Origin: an uncultured virus (IMG/VR IMGVR_UViG_3300031758_000013)
Lineage: Duplodnaviria; Heunggongvirae; Uroviricota; Caudoviricetes
Length of the DNA stretch: 20,000 nucleotides
Strand: one strand, 5' to 3'
IMG/VR virus record: IMGVR_UViG_3300031758_000013
Shown here: positions 6,816 through 15,182 of the stretch, piece after piece
Position numbering within the stretch: position 1 is the first letter of the stretch
Layout: each line of letters opens with the position of its first letter
Notes under the pieces: model-generated
Database searches by the model: none
The model's input: the letters and a program-made list of their open reading frames with translations, nothing else
Told to the model about the DNA's origin: nothing
Translations under genes and position numbers: made by a program

Positions 6816-7253
6816 TTAATTGCACCAAGATTGCTTTGCATCACCAAAATATTCTCTAGCATATCCGTTGGCAATTAACTGAGTTCGAAGACTCTTACCA
6901 TCAAGAATCATGTCACCCAGCACTCGGCCACCATACTTATCCCAATCATATAGGATATATCTAACTTTCACCGCTTTGGCCACTAGATCCTTTGTAAAGG
7001 CGCTCGCTGCTTGACCCTTTTCATCTTCTGCGGGACACTGCGCACGAAAACCTTTTTCTGGAGTATCTACACCATAGATACGAACTGAAATTTGCTTCTT
7101 AATTGGTGCTGGCACCCAGAGTGCTTCAATCTGTATAGTATCACCATCAGTTACTTTAATAACTTTGGCGTTATAAGCTTTACCAACCGGCGTCTTCTGT
7201 GCAAACACTGGAGTGGCCAGCGTCAGCGCTGCTAGAACAATAAACTTCTTCAT
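6816..7253 (-). CDS. Thermonuclease (staphylococcal nuclease-like) with signal peptide
   Basis: VIKVTDGDTI, VRIYGVDTPE, DKYGGRVLG, LIANGYAREY; N-terminus MKKFIVLAALTLATPVFA. Confidence 0.92.
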   Translation of the reverse strand: MKKFIVLAALTLATPVFAQKTPVGKAYNAKVIKVTDGDTIQIEALWVPAPIKKQISVRIYGVDTPEKGFRAQCPAEDEKGQAASAFTKDLVAKAVKVRYILYDWDKYGGRVLGDMILDGKSLRTQLIANGYAREYFGDAKQSWCN

Positions 7254-7262
7254 TTAGTTTCC

Positions 7263-7598
7263 TTAATTGCAGCGAGTTTGCCAATAGACGTAGCGCTCTC
7301 CGCGATACCATTCTGTCACCTGCTCGCGTACACAATAGCGTCGATCGTAACGATTATCAGGCGGATAATACTGATTATCATATTCACGACTACGATCCCG
7401 CGAGTCTCGCTGACTGGAACTAATAGTGCCTACTACAATTCCGCCAAGAATAGCGCCGCACAACCAGCCACAGCCAGTGTTACGATCGCGATCTCGATGA
7501 TTGTATTCTCTATGGTGTCGATCGCGATTTTCACGAGCGATGGCTGGAGTGGCAATAAGCATGCTACCAACAATCATAGATACAATAAACTTCTTCAT
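7263..7598 (-). CDS. Hypothetical exported/membrane protein with glycine-zipper-like segment
   Basis: Signal peptide MKKFIVSMIVGSMLIATPAIA; GAILGGIVVGTI; R/D/Y-rich. Confidence 0.75.
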   Translation of the reverse strand: MKKFIVSMIVGSMLIATPAIARENRDRHHREYNHRDRDRNTGCGWLCGAILGGIVVGTISSSQRDSRDRSREYDNQYYPPDNRYDRRYCVREQVTEWYRGERYVYWQTRCN

Positions 7599-7792
7599 AA
7601 TTCTTCATCCATTTCAATAAACATAACTCGTTTTCGTGGATCGCCTTCTGTGATACAACTCGTAAGTATAAGCGCCTCCTTATAATTTTTTGTATGAAAT
7701 TTTACTGGAAAGACGATCTCGTCTTCCTCAGTTTCAATCATCATTCCAACAAAGTAAACGCCATTTTGTTCTACCATACGTTTATTTATCAA
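7595..7792 (-). CDS. Hypothetical protein
   Basis: ORF overlapping the next gene by ATGA; start may be ATG 7777. Confidence 0.7.
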   Translation of the reverse strand: MINKRMVEQNGVYFVGMMIETEEDEIVFPVKFHTKNYKEALILTSCITEGDPRKRVMFIEMDEEL

Positions 7793-7905
7793 ACGTGCGT
7801 ATCATCATAATCATTATCAAATTGAATATAACCACGATAACTGATATAACTGATGATTGCACACACAATCACCAGTATACCAGCTGCAATCACTTCATTA
7901 GTCAT
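7789..7905 (-). CDS. Small single-pass membrane protein (38 aa), not in ORF track
   Basis: MTNEVIAAGILVIVCAIISYISYRGYIQFDNDYDDTHV*; TAATG-coupled to the DUF932 stop. Confidence 0.7.
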   Translation of the reverse strand: MTNEVIAAGILVIVCAIISYISYRGYIQFDNDYDDTHV

Positions 7906-8852
7906 TACACAGCATCTGCAAATTCAACCGCGGTTTCTAGTGCTCGAGTCTTAAGATTCTTGTTTGAACCATACCAGGCCGAGGTAAGACGGTTGTCAGT
8001 AGAACGACCAATCATGTGATCAGTCATAAACGTGACAGCGTTGAAAGCCTGCCACCAGCTACCCTCAGCAAATTCAGCACCTGGCTGCTGGTCCATAATT
8101 TCCAGAGCGATGCTAGCATTCTTGCTGATTTCCTTCTTGGAACCAGAGACAGGGAAAATGCGCTTGAAGTAATCAACAATATTTTCATCGTTGAAACGCT
8201 TCGAGCCAAGATAAGCAGCCATTTCCTTGTACTTGGCAAGCTTTTCCTTTGCAACGCCAAGAGTTTCCTTGACCAGCTCAGGATCGAATTCGCGACGGTG
8301 GCTAACCTTGACGATCTTGCTCGACTGAGTGTTGAGCGACAGAGTCAGAGTGTTGTTGCAAACCACACGAATCGGAGTAAAGCGAACGTCGATCGACCAA
8401 CCATACTTGTGTGGATTCGTGAAGAGGAGGTAGGATTCAACAGCATCGCCATTGAAGAGCTCGAAGCTTTCCTTGACCTTAGCAAGAGCCCAGACAAGCT
8501 GGCCGTCACGAAGTGAACCAGCGGTGTGCATTTCCATTTCACCAGCGGCGACGAAATCGTTGAAGAACTCGAAAGCCTTTTCGTTCTGGTTCGGAATCCA
8601 GTCGTTAGTGATTACGTCGAGGATCTTGTTGTCGACGTCACGAACCAGAGCTGAGTGACCGACGTCAACCTGCTTACCAGCGATTTCGGCAAAGGCAGGA
8701 ACTGGAGTCACGCGCCAGTCAAGACCGGCTGCCTTGAGCATATCATTCGGAGTGATATCAGCCGGAACTTCCGTACCAAGACCGTGCCAAGGAGTTTCAC
8801 CAGCATAAGCCATCGAAGCCTTGCCATCCATAAATTCAATCATATGTGCCAT
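7905..8852 (-). CDS. DUF932 / phage-plasmid-like protein (TIGR03299 type)
   Basis: ETPWHGLG, AAGLDWRV, HTAGSLRDG..VWALAK, FTPIRVVCNNTL, GSWWQAFNAVT. Confidence 0.93.
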   Translation of the reverse strand: MAHMIEFMDGKASMAYAGETPWHGLGTEVPADITPNDMLKAAGLDWRVTPVPAFAEIAGKQVDVGHSALVRDVDNKILDVITNDWIPNQNEKAFEFFNDFVAAGEMEMHTAGSLRDGQLVWALAKVKESFELFNGDAVESYLLFTNPHKYGWSIDVRFTPIRVVCNNTLTLSLNTQSSKIVKVSHRREFDPELVKETLGVAKEKLAKYKEMAAYLGSKRFNDENIVDYFKRIFPVSGSKKEISKNASIALEIMDQQPGAEFAEGSWWQAFNAVTFMTDHMIGRSTDNRLTSAWYGSNKNLKTRALETAVEFADAV

Positions 8853-8879
8853 AACAAAAACCTTTCCAATTGATAATTA

Positions 8880-8908
8880 AGTATAGTCTATTTTCAAAAT
8901 AATGTCAA
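8880..8908 (-). promoter_or_regulatory. Sigma70-type early promoter
   Basis: TTGACA-TTATTTTGAAAATAGAC-TATACT. Confidence 0.9.
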
Positions 8909-8916
8909 CTGTTAAA

Positions 8917-9180
8917 TCACATTGCAGCTATTTTATTCATTATAGCCAGCACACTATCAGTATCCTGCCAGCCATCAACGTCATCATTACTGCCAAGCTT
9001 CACCCAGTTACCATCGGCATCCCAAGCAGCAACTTCAGCAGAAACAAACCCAGTGTCAGCAGTACCCGTCGAGTACGTCCCGTCACCCATAGCCAAGGAT
9101 ACAGTATAGCCATTAGCGAACTTCATAGAGAAGTTGCTCTTAGCACCACCAGACCAGTCAAGAACACGAACTTTAAACAT
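8917..9180 (-). CDS. Hypothetical phage protein
   Basis: MFKVRVLDW...FANGYTVSL...AEVAAWD..DDVDGWQ; GAGGA SD upstream of ATG 9180. Confidence 0.8.
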   Translation of the reverse strand: MFKVRVLDWSGGAKSNFSMKFANGYTVSLAMGDGTYSTGTADTGFVSAEVAAWDADGNWVKLGSNDDVDGWQDTDSVLAIMNKIAAM

Positions 9181-9194
9181 AATAAATTCCTCAA

Positions 9195-9287
9195 TTATGC
9201 GGGAAGAGTCTGTTGAATTTCCCACAGTGTAATCATAGCAAAAACAAAAATACCAGAGCCAAGAAAAATCAAAATGTTCTTAATCAT
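9195..9287 (-). CDS. Small membrane peptide (30 aa), not in ORF track
   Basis: MIKNILIFLGSGIFVFAMITLWEIQQTLPA*; GGAGA SD; first ORF after the promoter at 9313-9341. Confidence 0.7.
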   Translation of the reverse strand: MIKNILIFLGSGIFVFAMITLWEIQQTLPA

Positions 9288-9312
9288 GACAATCTCCATT
9301 CCGTATATTCTT

Positions 9313-9341
9313 AGTATAGTTTATTTTGATAATAATGTCAA
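9313..9341 (-). promoter_or_regulatory. Sigma70-type early promoter
   Basis: TTGACA-TTATTATCAAAATAAAC-TATACT. Confidence 0.9.
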
Positions 9342-9346
9342 CAAAA

Positions 9347-9550
9347 TTATGCATGTTCCATATAATTAATCATGCGATCAATGATCTTTTCAAAATCATC
9401 ATCCGGATGCAGATACTGATCAATGCAAATATCGTTATACAGCTCTGTTAGAACAGTCTGAGTCTCTACACCATGAGTACCAGAGATACCTTCATAGACA
9501 AACTCAAAGGGATCATCCTGAGCGACAATATATTCAAACAACCGAGTCAT
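9347..9550 (-). CDS. Hypothetical early protein (acidic)
   Basis: TAATG-coupled ORF; LHPDDDFEKIIDRM. Confidence 0.8.
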   Translation of the reverse strand: MTRLFEYIVAQDDPFEFVYEGISGTHGVETQTVLTELYNDICIDQYLHPDDDFEKIIDRMINYMEHA

Positions 9551-9780
9551 TATGCAATCTCCTTGATAGGATCATCCCACCTAGTAGGATACCCAGCAGC
9601 GCAGTTAGACCAATCGCCGGCCGGCTTCTTAACAAGATAATTATCAAAATACTTATCTTCGAGCTGCATAAGTCTATAGAACTCAGTCCAGCAGGCTTCT
9701 CGAGTGCCACTAAAAATTGATGAAGTGGAGGTGATTCCATCTTCATAGAATCCATTGATGATATGTACTTCGTAAGTCAT
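9550..9780 (-). CDS. Hypothetical early protein
   Basis: TAATG-coupled ORF. Confidence 0.75.
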   Translation of the reverse strand: MTYEVHIINGFYEDGITSTSSIFSGTREACWTEFYRLMQLEDKYFDNYLVKKPAGDWSNCAAGYPTRWDDPIKEIA

Positions 9781-9962
9781 TATTCGACTCCCACAAAATT
9801 GTAGCGGCGAGCATGGCTTTCCATGATCGCTCGAGCTTCCGGAACTCGAAGAAGAATATCTTCCATGGCACCTTCTAAGTAGCCGAGCTTAAAGCTAGTC
9901 GAAGCTTTCTCCGAAACACCGAGTTCTTCAGCAATATGATCGATCAGCTTTACAATAAACAT
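9780..9962 (-). CDS. Hypothetical early protein
   Basis: TAATG-coupled ORF; SFKLGYLEG. Confidence 0.75.
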   Translation of the reverse strand: MFIVKLIDHIAEELGVSEKASTSFKLGYLEGAMEDILLRVPEARAIMESHARRYNFVGVE

Positions 9963-10225
9963 TATGCAAACTCCTTTTCACCACGAGCAATTTGAATATC
10001 AACATCACGAAACATTACTACAAACTTATACATTGCCAAGCAATTACCAGGAATGCGGGCAAAGCAATCACGATTGAACTTGGTATAACAAACCGTAATC
10101 CACGGAATGACGTCACCATTTGCATTTTCTGCATAGTCAATTTTAGTGACTTCACCTCGAATCGTACCAGCAGCAGATTCGTAACGAACACGATCACCAA
10201 TGAGAACAGTCTTAGGAGCAGTCAT
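9962..10225 (-). CDS. Hypothetical early protein
   Basis: MTAPKTVLIGDRVRYESAAGTIRGEV...; AAGGA SD favours ATG 10225 over 10240. Confidence 0.8.
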   Translation of the reverse strand: MTAPKTVLIGDRVRYESAAGTIRGEVTKIDYAENANGDVIPWITVCYTKFNRDCFARIPGNCLAMYKFVVMFRDVDIQIARGEKEFA

Positions 10226-10253
10226 AATGTTTTCCTTCATTCCTTATATTGTT

Positions 10254-10282
10254 AATATATCAAAACTTTCATATAATGTACA
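10254..10282 (-). promoter_or_regulatory. Early promoter (variant -35)
   Basis: TGTACA-N17-TATATT immediately downstream of a terminator. Confidence 0.7.
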
Positions 10283-10283
10283 C

Positions 10284-10318
10284 AAAAAAATGCACTCAGA
10301 ATCAACCGAGTGCATTTT
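10284..10318 (-). terminator. Rho-independent terminator after exonuclease
   Basis: AAAATGCACTC-GGTTGATTCT-GAGTGCATTTTTTT. Confidence 0.85.
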
Positions 10319-10336
10319 AGTTTTGATTTAAAACAA

Positions 10337-11029
10337 TTACTTATAAAGTTTGTGATATGATCGAACTAAATCAACAGCCTTTTCAATATAATTTACAGGC
10401 CTTTCAACAAACACCTGAGGCTCAATTTCATCATCAACGCCGATGATGATAACAATATCCTTCACACCAATTCCAGTCATCTCCCATAGCATGTAAGCAT
10501 AAAGACTACACTGTAAGAAGTAACCTTCAATCCAATCTTTTCTCTTACGCTTAGCAGATGTCTTATAATCAATAATGGATAGTCTACCATCATAGTTAGC
10601 AATCAAATCACACGTTCCAGCAATCTTGAGCCGGTGACTAAAGAGTGTGCATTCTGTTGCACGAATCATATCAACCTTTTCATCAAGATTTTTCTTAATT
10701 TGATTAAAAATCATCATGTTATGAGGCATTGACATGTCGACAGTTTCACCAAGAATGTACTTTTCGCACATAGTATGGATAAACGTCCCACGAGATGCGG
10801 CTCGCGATGAAACCCTATTGGCTTCCTCATTCCCGACTCTCTTACGCCACTCGTCAAGGGCGGTCTTGTCAGACATCTTTCCGAGCACAGTAGTTACTGA
10901 TGGATAGCGTTCACCAGTAGGAGTCTCGTACAAACGAGCAGTTTCTCCGTCAATACGATTCAGATGTACAAATTCGAGTAGATCGAATTCAAAATCTTTA
11001 CGGCTGTAGTCCAAGCTTTTGGCGAGCAA
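10337..11029 (-). CDS. PD-(D/E)XK exonuclease (Cas4/RecB-like, common in T4-like phages)
   Basis: YETPTGERYPSVTTVL, RGTFIH, IAGTCDLIA..IIDYKTS, YFLQCSLYA; TTG start with AAGGA SD. Confidence 0.9.
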   Translation of the reverse strand: MLAKSLDYSRKDFEFDLLEFVHLNRIDGETARLYETPTGERYPSVTTVLGKMSDKTALDEWRKRVGNEEANRVSSRAASRGTFIHTMCEKYILGETVDMSMPHNMMIFNQIKKNLDEKVDMIRATECTLFSHRLKIAGTCDLIANYDGRLSIIDYKTSAKRKRKDWIEGYFLQCSLYAYMLWEMTGIGVKDIVIIIGVDDEIEPQVFVERPVNYIEKAVDLVRSYHKLYK

Positions 11030-11075
11030 TTATGTATTCCTTCACAAGTTTAGAGCGCACGATATCGGCCTCTAG
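10998..11075 (-). pseudogene. Orphan second copy of the phoH 3' end
   Basis: Translates LEADIVRSKLVKEYIIARQKLGLQP*, versus intact PhoH C-terminus EIEDIVRSSIVKRYIVARHKLGMS*; out of frame with phoH. Confidence 0.85.
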
Positions 11076-11079
11076 ACAA

Positions 11080-11838
11080 TTAAGACATTCCAAGTTTATG
11101 TCGAGCAACAATGTATCTTTTAACTATAGAACTTCTTACAATATCTTCTATTTCAAAATCAATAAATTCAAAATCAGGAATGTTTTGAAGAATTTTCATG
11201 AAGTTAATAAGACCTGAATATTCCTTTCTTCTTTCAGAAGAAAGATCGTCTTGTCTAAAATCTCCACAAAATACAATTCTACAATTTTTACCAATACGAG
11301 TCATCACACTATGCAATTCTTGATCTGCCATATTTTGGCATTCATCGACAACAATATAACAGTTGTTCAATGTGATACCACGAACAAATGAAGTGCTCAT
11401 GAATTCAATAGCATTCTTTTGCTTTAGAATATCGTAAGCGTCTCCACGTTCGAACAACTCACCACAAATAGCATAGTAGGGAGCTTCATAGACCTTCATC
11501 TTCTCTTTCTGAGATCCTGGTAGAAATCCCATATCGCGAGTTGGAACTACAGAACGAACTACGTAGATCTTTTCTTGTTCACTATTTCCAGACATTAGAT
11601 CATTGATTGCTAGATACATGGAGAGAAAAGTCTTACCAGTTCCAGCCATACCATGAAGCATCAGATGTTTACCATCACGAAAAGCTTCAAATGTCTTTTT
11701 CTGATTATCAGTAAGTGGATGAACTCGTTTCAAGTTAAAATTTGGAGAGTTGAAAGTTGGCTTATTGTTGATCAGTTCTTGTTCTCCGTTTTGACGTAGA
11801 ATTCTTTTCTGTCTTTTAGTAAGTCTTGCTTCGGTCAC
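11080..11838 (-). CDS. phoH: PhoH-family ATPase
   Basis: PLTDNQ, GMAGTGKT, RDMGFLPG, SFVRGITL, VDECQN, TRIG, CGDFRQDDL, DIVRS. Confidence 0.96.
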   Translation of the reverse strand: MTEARLTKRQKRILRQNGEQELINNKPTFNSPNFNLKRVHPLTDNQKKTFEAFRDGKHLMLHGMAGTGKTFLSMYLAINDLMSGNSEQEKIYVVRSVVPTRDMGFLPGSQKEKMKVYEAPYYAICGELFERGDAYDILKQKNAIEFMSTSFVRGITLNNCYIVVDECQNMADQELHSVMTRIGKNCRIVFCGDFRQDDLSSERRKEYSGLINFMKILQNIPDFEFIDFEIEDIVRSSIVKRYIVARHKLGMS

Positions 11839-11847
11839 GAGTCATCC

Positions 11848-12147
11848 TTATTTTTTATTTTTGGCTTTGTTAACGGCGTCGCGAGTCTTTGAGGCTTTAA
11901 TGCTCTTATCTCCATATTGTTGAGCGAGTGGAGAGGTTGGGTTTGCGTTACCAATCTTATTTAACAGATCGTTAAAACCACTATCAGTCTTATGAGTAAC
12001 GCCTGCTATTCCAGAAATGATAGCAGGCGCGCCTATAACTAACTGTGCATGAGGATTAGCAACTAGATATTCGTCTTTTCCAGACATAGTGAGGAACTCT
12101 TCCCAGATTTCTCCGGTGTCTTTGTTCCTGAACTCATAAATTGGCAT
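11848..12147 (-). CDS. FmdB-like small protein (Cys-less variant)
   Basis: MPIYEFRNKDTGEIWEEF...KTDSGFNDLLNKI; usual neighbour of phoH in T4-like phages. Confidence 0.7.
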   Translation of the reverse strand: MPIYEFRNKDTGEIWEEFLTMSGKDEYLVANPHAQLVIGAPAIISGIAGVTHKTDSGFNDLLNKIGNANPTSPLAQQYGDKSIKASKTRDAVNKAKNKK

Positions 12148-12311
12148 TAATAATCTTCTTCAATTACGTTGAAGATTGCATTTTTATTACCAGATCGAAG
12201 AGCAGATTTAAGCCGTTTTTCTTTTAGCTTCTGCCCATGGTCTTCATGATAACTCTTGACTTCATCATCATAATTACTATACTTACTGTTACGCTTGATA
12301 GACTTACTCAT
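12147..12311 (-). CDS. Hypothetical 54-aa protein, not in ORF track
   Basis: MSKSIKRNSKYSNYDDEVKSYHEDHGQKLKEKRLKSALRSGNKNAIFNVIEEDY*; fills the gap, TAATG-coupled. Confidence 0.75.
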   Translation of the reverse strand: MSKSIKRNSKYSNYDDEVKSYHEDHGQKLKEKRLKSALRSGNKNAIFNVIEEDY

Positions 12312-12720
12312 TGATTAAACCCGGAAATGCTAGGTTGACGATTTTGGTTGAAAGAGTACTAGAAAGTAGCTTGTCTTTTACTTGAATAAGCAGAGCGGCG
12401 TCTTTAGGATCAATTGATTCTAATAGTCCAATAAAGAGCATCTCTCTCTTAACTCTATTAAGATTAGGAGCATTACCTAGTAAATACAAATAAAGTGTTC
12501 GACACTCTGCATATAAGCGACCTTCAAGATCAACAAGTTCACATGGTGTATATGGAGGTGCACCTTCAGGAAGATCCCACTTTACGCCTGGAACAAGAGC
12601 AAGTTCTAAAATATATTTTAGCTGTTCACTCTCATTATTTCGTAAGTACTGAACACGATCTTCGACACTCTCAATATTAGAGGCTGTTTCAATGATTTGT
12701 GCAATAGATAATTTTAGCAT
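12304..12720 (-). CDS. Conserved hypothetical T4-like phage protein
   Basis: WDLPEGAPPY, KREMLFIGLLESIDPKDAALLIQVKDK, AFPGLI. Confidence 0.8.
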   Translation of the reverse strand: MLKLSIAQIIETASNIESVEDRVQYLRNNESEQLKYILELALVPGVKWDLPEGAPPYTPCELVDLEGRLYAECRTLYLYLLGNAPNLNRVKREMLFIGLLESIDPKDAALLIQVKDKLLSSTLSTKIVNLAFPGLINE

Positions 12721-12722
12721 GT

Positions 12723-13574
12723 TTAAAACTCATTAATACTTTCGATAAGATTTTTAAGACGCTTCTCAATGAAATAATTGAAAAGTTTGCTGCGATCTTT
12801 TCCATTCTGAGCGACAAATTCTTCTTCGATACGATCACGAAGATCTTCAGGAATGAAGTCAAGATCTACAAGTTGCTGGTTACGAAGATAACCACGAAGC
12901 ATATGATCATCACAAAAATCTCGAGGATTCATAAGAATCCACTGATCAAGCTTCTTTTGGCTGATGGGCTTTTGACGCGATCCGACGACAAAGGTATTAT
13001 CATCAGAAAGAAAATTAGGTACTCCATCGCCAGTATCACCACGCATAATATGTTCACGAACAAATCTATCTGGATCGTTAGTGATGCGCCACTTCTTTTG
13101 TACCGGATCATACTGCTTGACGTTATTATAACGCTGTAGTTGAACGAAATCCTTATCACCAGATAAGATCAAAATTGGCTCTGATGTATTACCAAACTTA
13201 TGAACTAAAGTTCCGATGATATCATCGGCTTCAGCTCCATCGATCTGAATCACACGATATGGGAAATACTCCTTTAGTTCATCACGAACCTTATTTAGAG
13301 TATCAAAGATCTGAGACCAGTTAAGCTCAGACTTTTGTCGATTCTTACGACGATTAGCCTTATAGTAAGGAAAGATTTCACGTCGCCAGTTATTACCGGC
13401 ATCACATGTAATAATCATTTCACCAAACTGATTCTTAAACTTCATGTTATATGAACGAATCGAATTCAGAATCATATGGCGAAGAAGATCTTCTTCGAGT
13501 TCAGTATTAGTATGGTTTCCAAGTTGGACCATTAGGTTAGAAATCATCACCTGAGACAGATCGACGATAATCAT
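12723..13574 (-). CDS. rnh: T4-type RNase H (5'-3' exonuclease / flap endonuclease)
   Basis: MIIVDLSQ, NWRREIFPYYKANR, GAEADDIIG, LSGDKDFVQLQ, GDTGDGVPN. Confidence 0.96.
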   Translation of the reverse strand: MIIVDLSQVMISNLMVQLGNHTNTELEEDLLRHMILNSIRSYNMKFKNQFGEMIITCDAGNNWRREIFPYYKANRRKNRQKSELNWSQIFDTLNKVRDELKEYFPYRVIQIDGAEADDIIGTLVHKFGNTSEPILILSGDKDFVQLQRYNNVKQYDPVQKKWRITNDPDRFVREHIMRGDTGDGVPNFLSDDNTFVVGSRQKPISQKKLDQWILMNPRDFCDDHMLRGYLRNQQLVDLDFIPEDLRDRIEEEFVAQNGKDRSKLFNYFIEKRLKNLIESINEF

Positions 13575-13580
13575 GATATA

Positions 13581-13934
13581 TTACTCTTCATCAGTTGTTG
13601 GAATTTTGTATGTGTATTCGACTGTACTATCTTCATTATAACTAAAATCAAAAATATTGTCAACCATTTTATGAAAGGGATGTTCAAGACGATATTGTCT
13701 ACTTATCATAGACTTAGTTGATTCCATAATCATTGCTACATCTTTAATGAATTCATCAGAAGTAACATCAAGCCCATAAGAACCAAATAGATGAATGAAC
13801 TCAGGAACGATGTCGGCCATGACTCCTTCCACATGATCTTTTCGAGTCTGAGTTACTTTATCAACAATCTCTTCTACGGTCTGCGGAGGAGATTCGCGTT
13901 TAAATCCTGGAAATGGTATAACGTTATCTGTCAC
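13581..13934 (-). CDS. Hypothetical protein
   Basis: MTDNVIPFP N-terminus; overlaps upstream gene by GTGA. Confidence 0.8.
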   Translation of the reverse strand: MTDNVIPFPGFKRESPPQTVEEIVDKVTQTRKDHVEGVMADIVPEFIHLFGSYGLDVTSDEFIKDVAMIMESTKSMISRQYRLEHPFHKMVDNIFDFSYNEDSTVEYTYKIPTTDEE

Positions 13935-15022
13935 TTAATAATCCTTAATAGAATACATTCTTGATTAATTCTACCATTAGGCTGACTTTCCGATGTCTTT
14001 ATATTTGACATAAACGACCTCAGACCAACTCTGCCTGCTGACAAGAGTTCCGTCAGCGACTCTTCTGGCTTCCTTAGAGTCTTCGACATACTGGATTCTA
14101 CATCCCAACCAGTAAGAGTCGTTCCCTTGACTTGAATACCCGCAGGACCCACTGCTAGATATTGAATCAGTTTCCGATATTTGGTGTTGTATACCCATAG
14201 TTGCTGGCACCCAATAATTTCTGCCGGATGAGCAGAGACAATCTTAAGAGAAGGTTCTTCCTTCTGGTACTTCAGGTTCTTGACGAGATCAACAGCCGAT
14301 TTAGCTTTCTTCTCACGCGGCTTACGAACCTTTACTACCTTCTTGTTATTTAGGTAACGATCGATGTCAGCGAAGAAATTGTTCCAAAAATTAGTCCAAA
14401 ACTTTTGGCGCTTACCATACGCTTCGTTTACTTGTTCATCATTTGATAGAATCTCTTCTAACTGAGGACGATAGTGATCAGTAACAATATTTAAAATTTG
14501 AGGGTTGAGTTCATTGGCTTGGCAGAAGGTGTACATGGAGAATTCTTTACCATCCATGACCAGATCAAGCTCTTCTTCAATGTTGGTGATAATTGCATTA
14601 GCCTTATCACGAACACGAGCCTGAATATCTACTGGCTTAGCAGTATCTTCAACTTCTTCTTGCTTAACGCGTTCACCTTCAGCAAACAATAGGTCAAGCT
14701 GTTGATTAAAGAAGTTCATCGATGATTCTGAAAGTGTATTGCCATTCATCATCATACGAGCCTGCCAACCAATAGTAGTTGGAATCTTGTACTTAGAGCA
14801 ACGCTTTACAGCTTCAATTTGAGCCTTCTCAAAGCCAGACTTTTTCATGTGCTCAAGAAGCCAATCACGTGCCTTCTCATGATCATACATGTAATTATAC
14901 CAGTTGAGCGCATGAGTTGTGTCAGTGACTACAACTGGTTCTGGACCATAGTGCTTCTCATCAATCGACTTAATAACCACACGAGACTTCTGCTTTGGTT
15001 TTGCTTTCAACTTAATAGCCAT
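13931..15022 (-). CDS. Conserved hypothetical T4-like phage protein
   Basis: ALNWYNY, IIGCQQLWVYNTKYRKL, VKGTTLTGWD, KTLRKPE, NGRIN. Confidence 0.85.
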   Translation of the reverse strand: MAIKLKAKPKQKSRVVIKSIDEKHYGPEPVVVTDTTHALNWYNYMYDHEKARDWLLEHMKKSGFEKAQIEAVKRCSKYKIPTTIGWQARMMMNGNTLSESSMNFFNQQLDLLFAEGERVKQEEVEDTAKPVDIQARVRDKANAIITNIEEELDLVMDGKEFSMYTFCQANELNPQILNIVTDHYRPQLEEILSNDEQVNEAYGKRQKFWTNFWNNFFADIDRYLNNKKVVKVRKPREKKAKSAVDLVKNLKYQKEEPSLKIVSAHPAEIIGCQQLWVYNTKYRKLIQYLAVGPAGIQVKGTTLTGWDVESSMSKTLRKPEESLTELLSAGRVGLRSFMSNIKTSESQPNGRINQECILLRIIK

Positions 15023-15146
15023 TAATAATCACCTTCTTCACACGACGAAAAGATCCCTTGCCCTTCTTAGCAGGAATCAGCTTAGATTTATGTACGCGAC
15101 CAACTACTCGAGCGATCGGGTTTCTGTTTTTAAGTTCTACTTTCAT
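15012..15146 (-). CDS. ArfA-like alternative ribosome rescue factor (44 aa), not in ORF track
   Basis: MKVELKNRNPIARVVGRVHKSKLIPAKKGKGSFRRVKKVIINGY*; KKGKGS-aromatic-x-R motif and N-x-I-A start as in ArfA. Confidence 0.7.
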   Translation of the reverse strand: MKVELKNRNPIARVVGRVHKSKLIPAKKGKGSFRRVKKVIINGY

Positions 15147-15153
15147 AATATTC

Positions 15154-15182
15154 AATATATTATAGAACATAAAAAATGTCAA
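15154..15182 (-). promoter_or_regulatory. Sigma70-type promoter giving a probable leaderless mRNA
   Basis: TTGACA-N17-TATATT with 7 nt between the -10 box and ATG 15146; no SD. Confidence 0.8.

Noticed and set aside
10337..11029. Cas4 as part of a CRISPR system
   Set aside because: No array or other cas genes, and no clear four-Cys Fe-S pattern; common stand-alone phage exonuclease
10998..11082. Stop-codon readthrough extension of PhoH
   Set aside because: The duplicate fragment is out of frame with phoH and no slippery site is apparent
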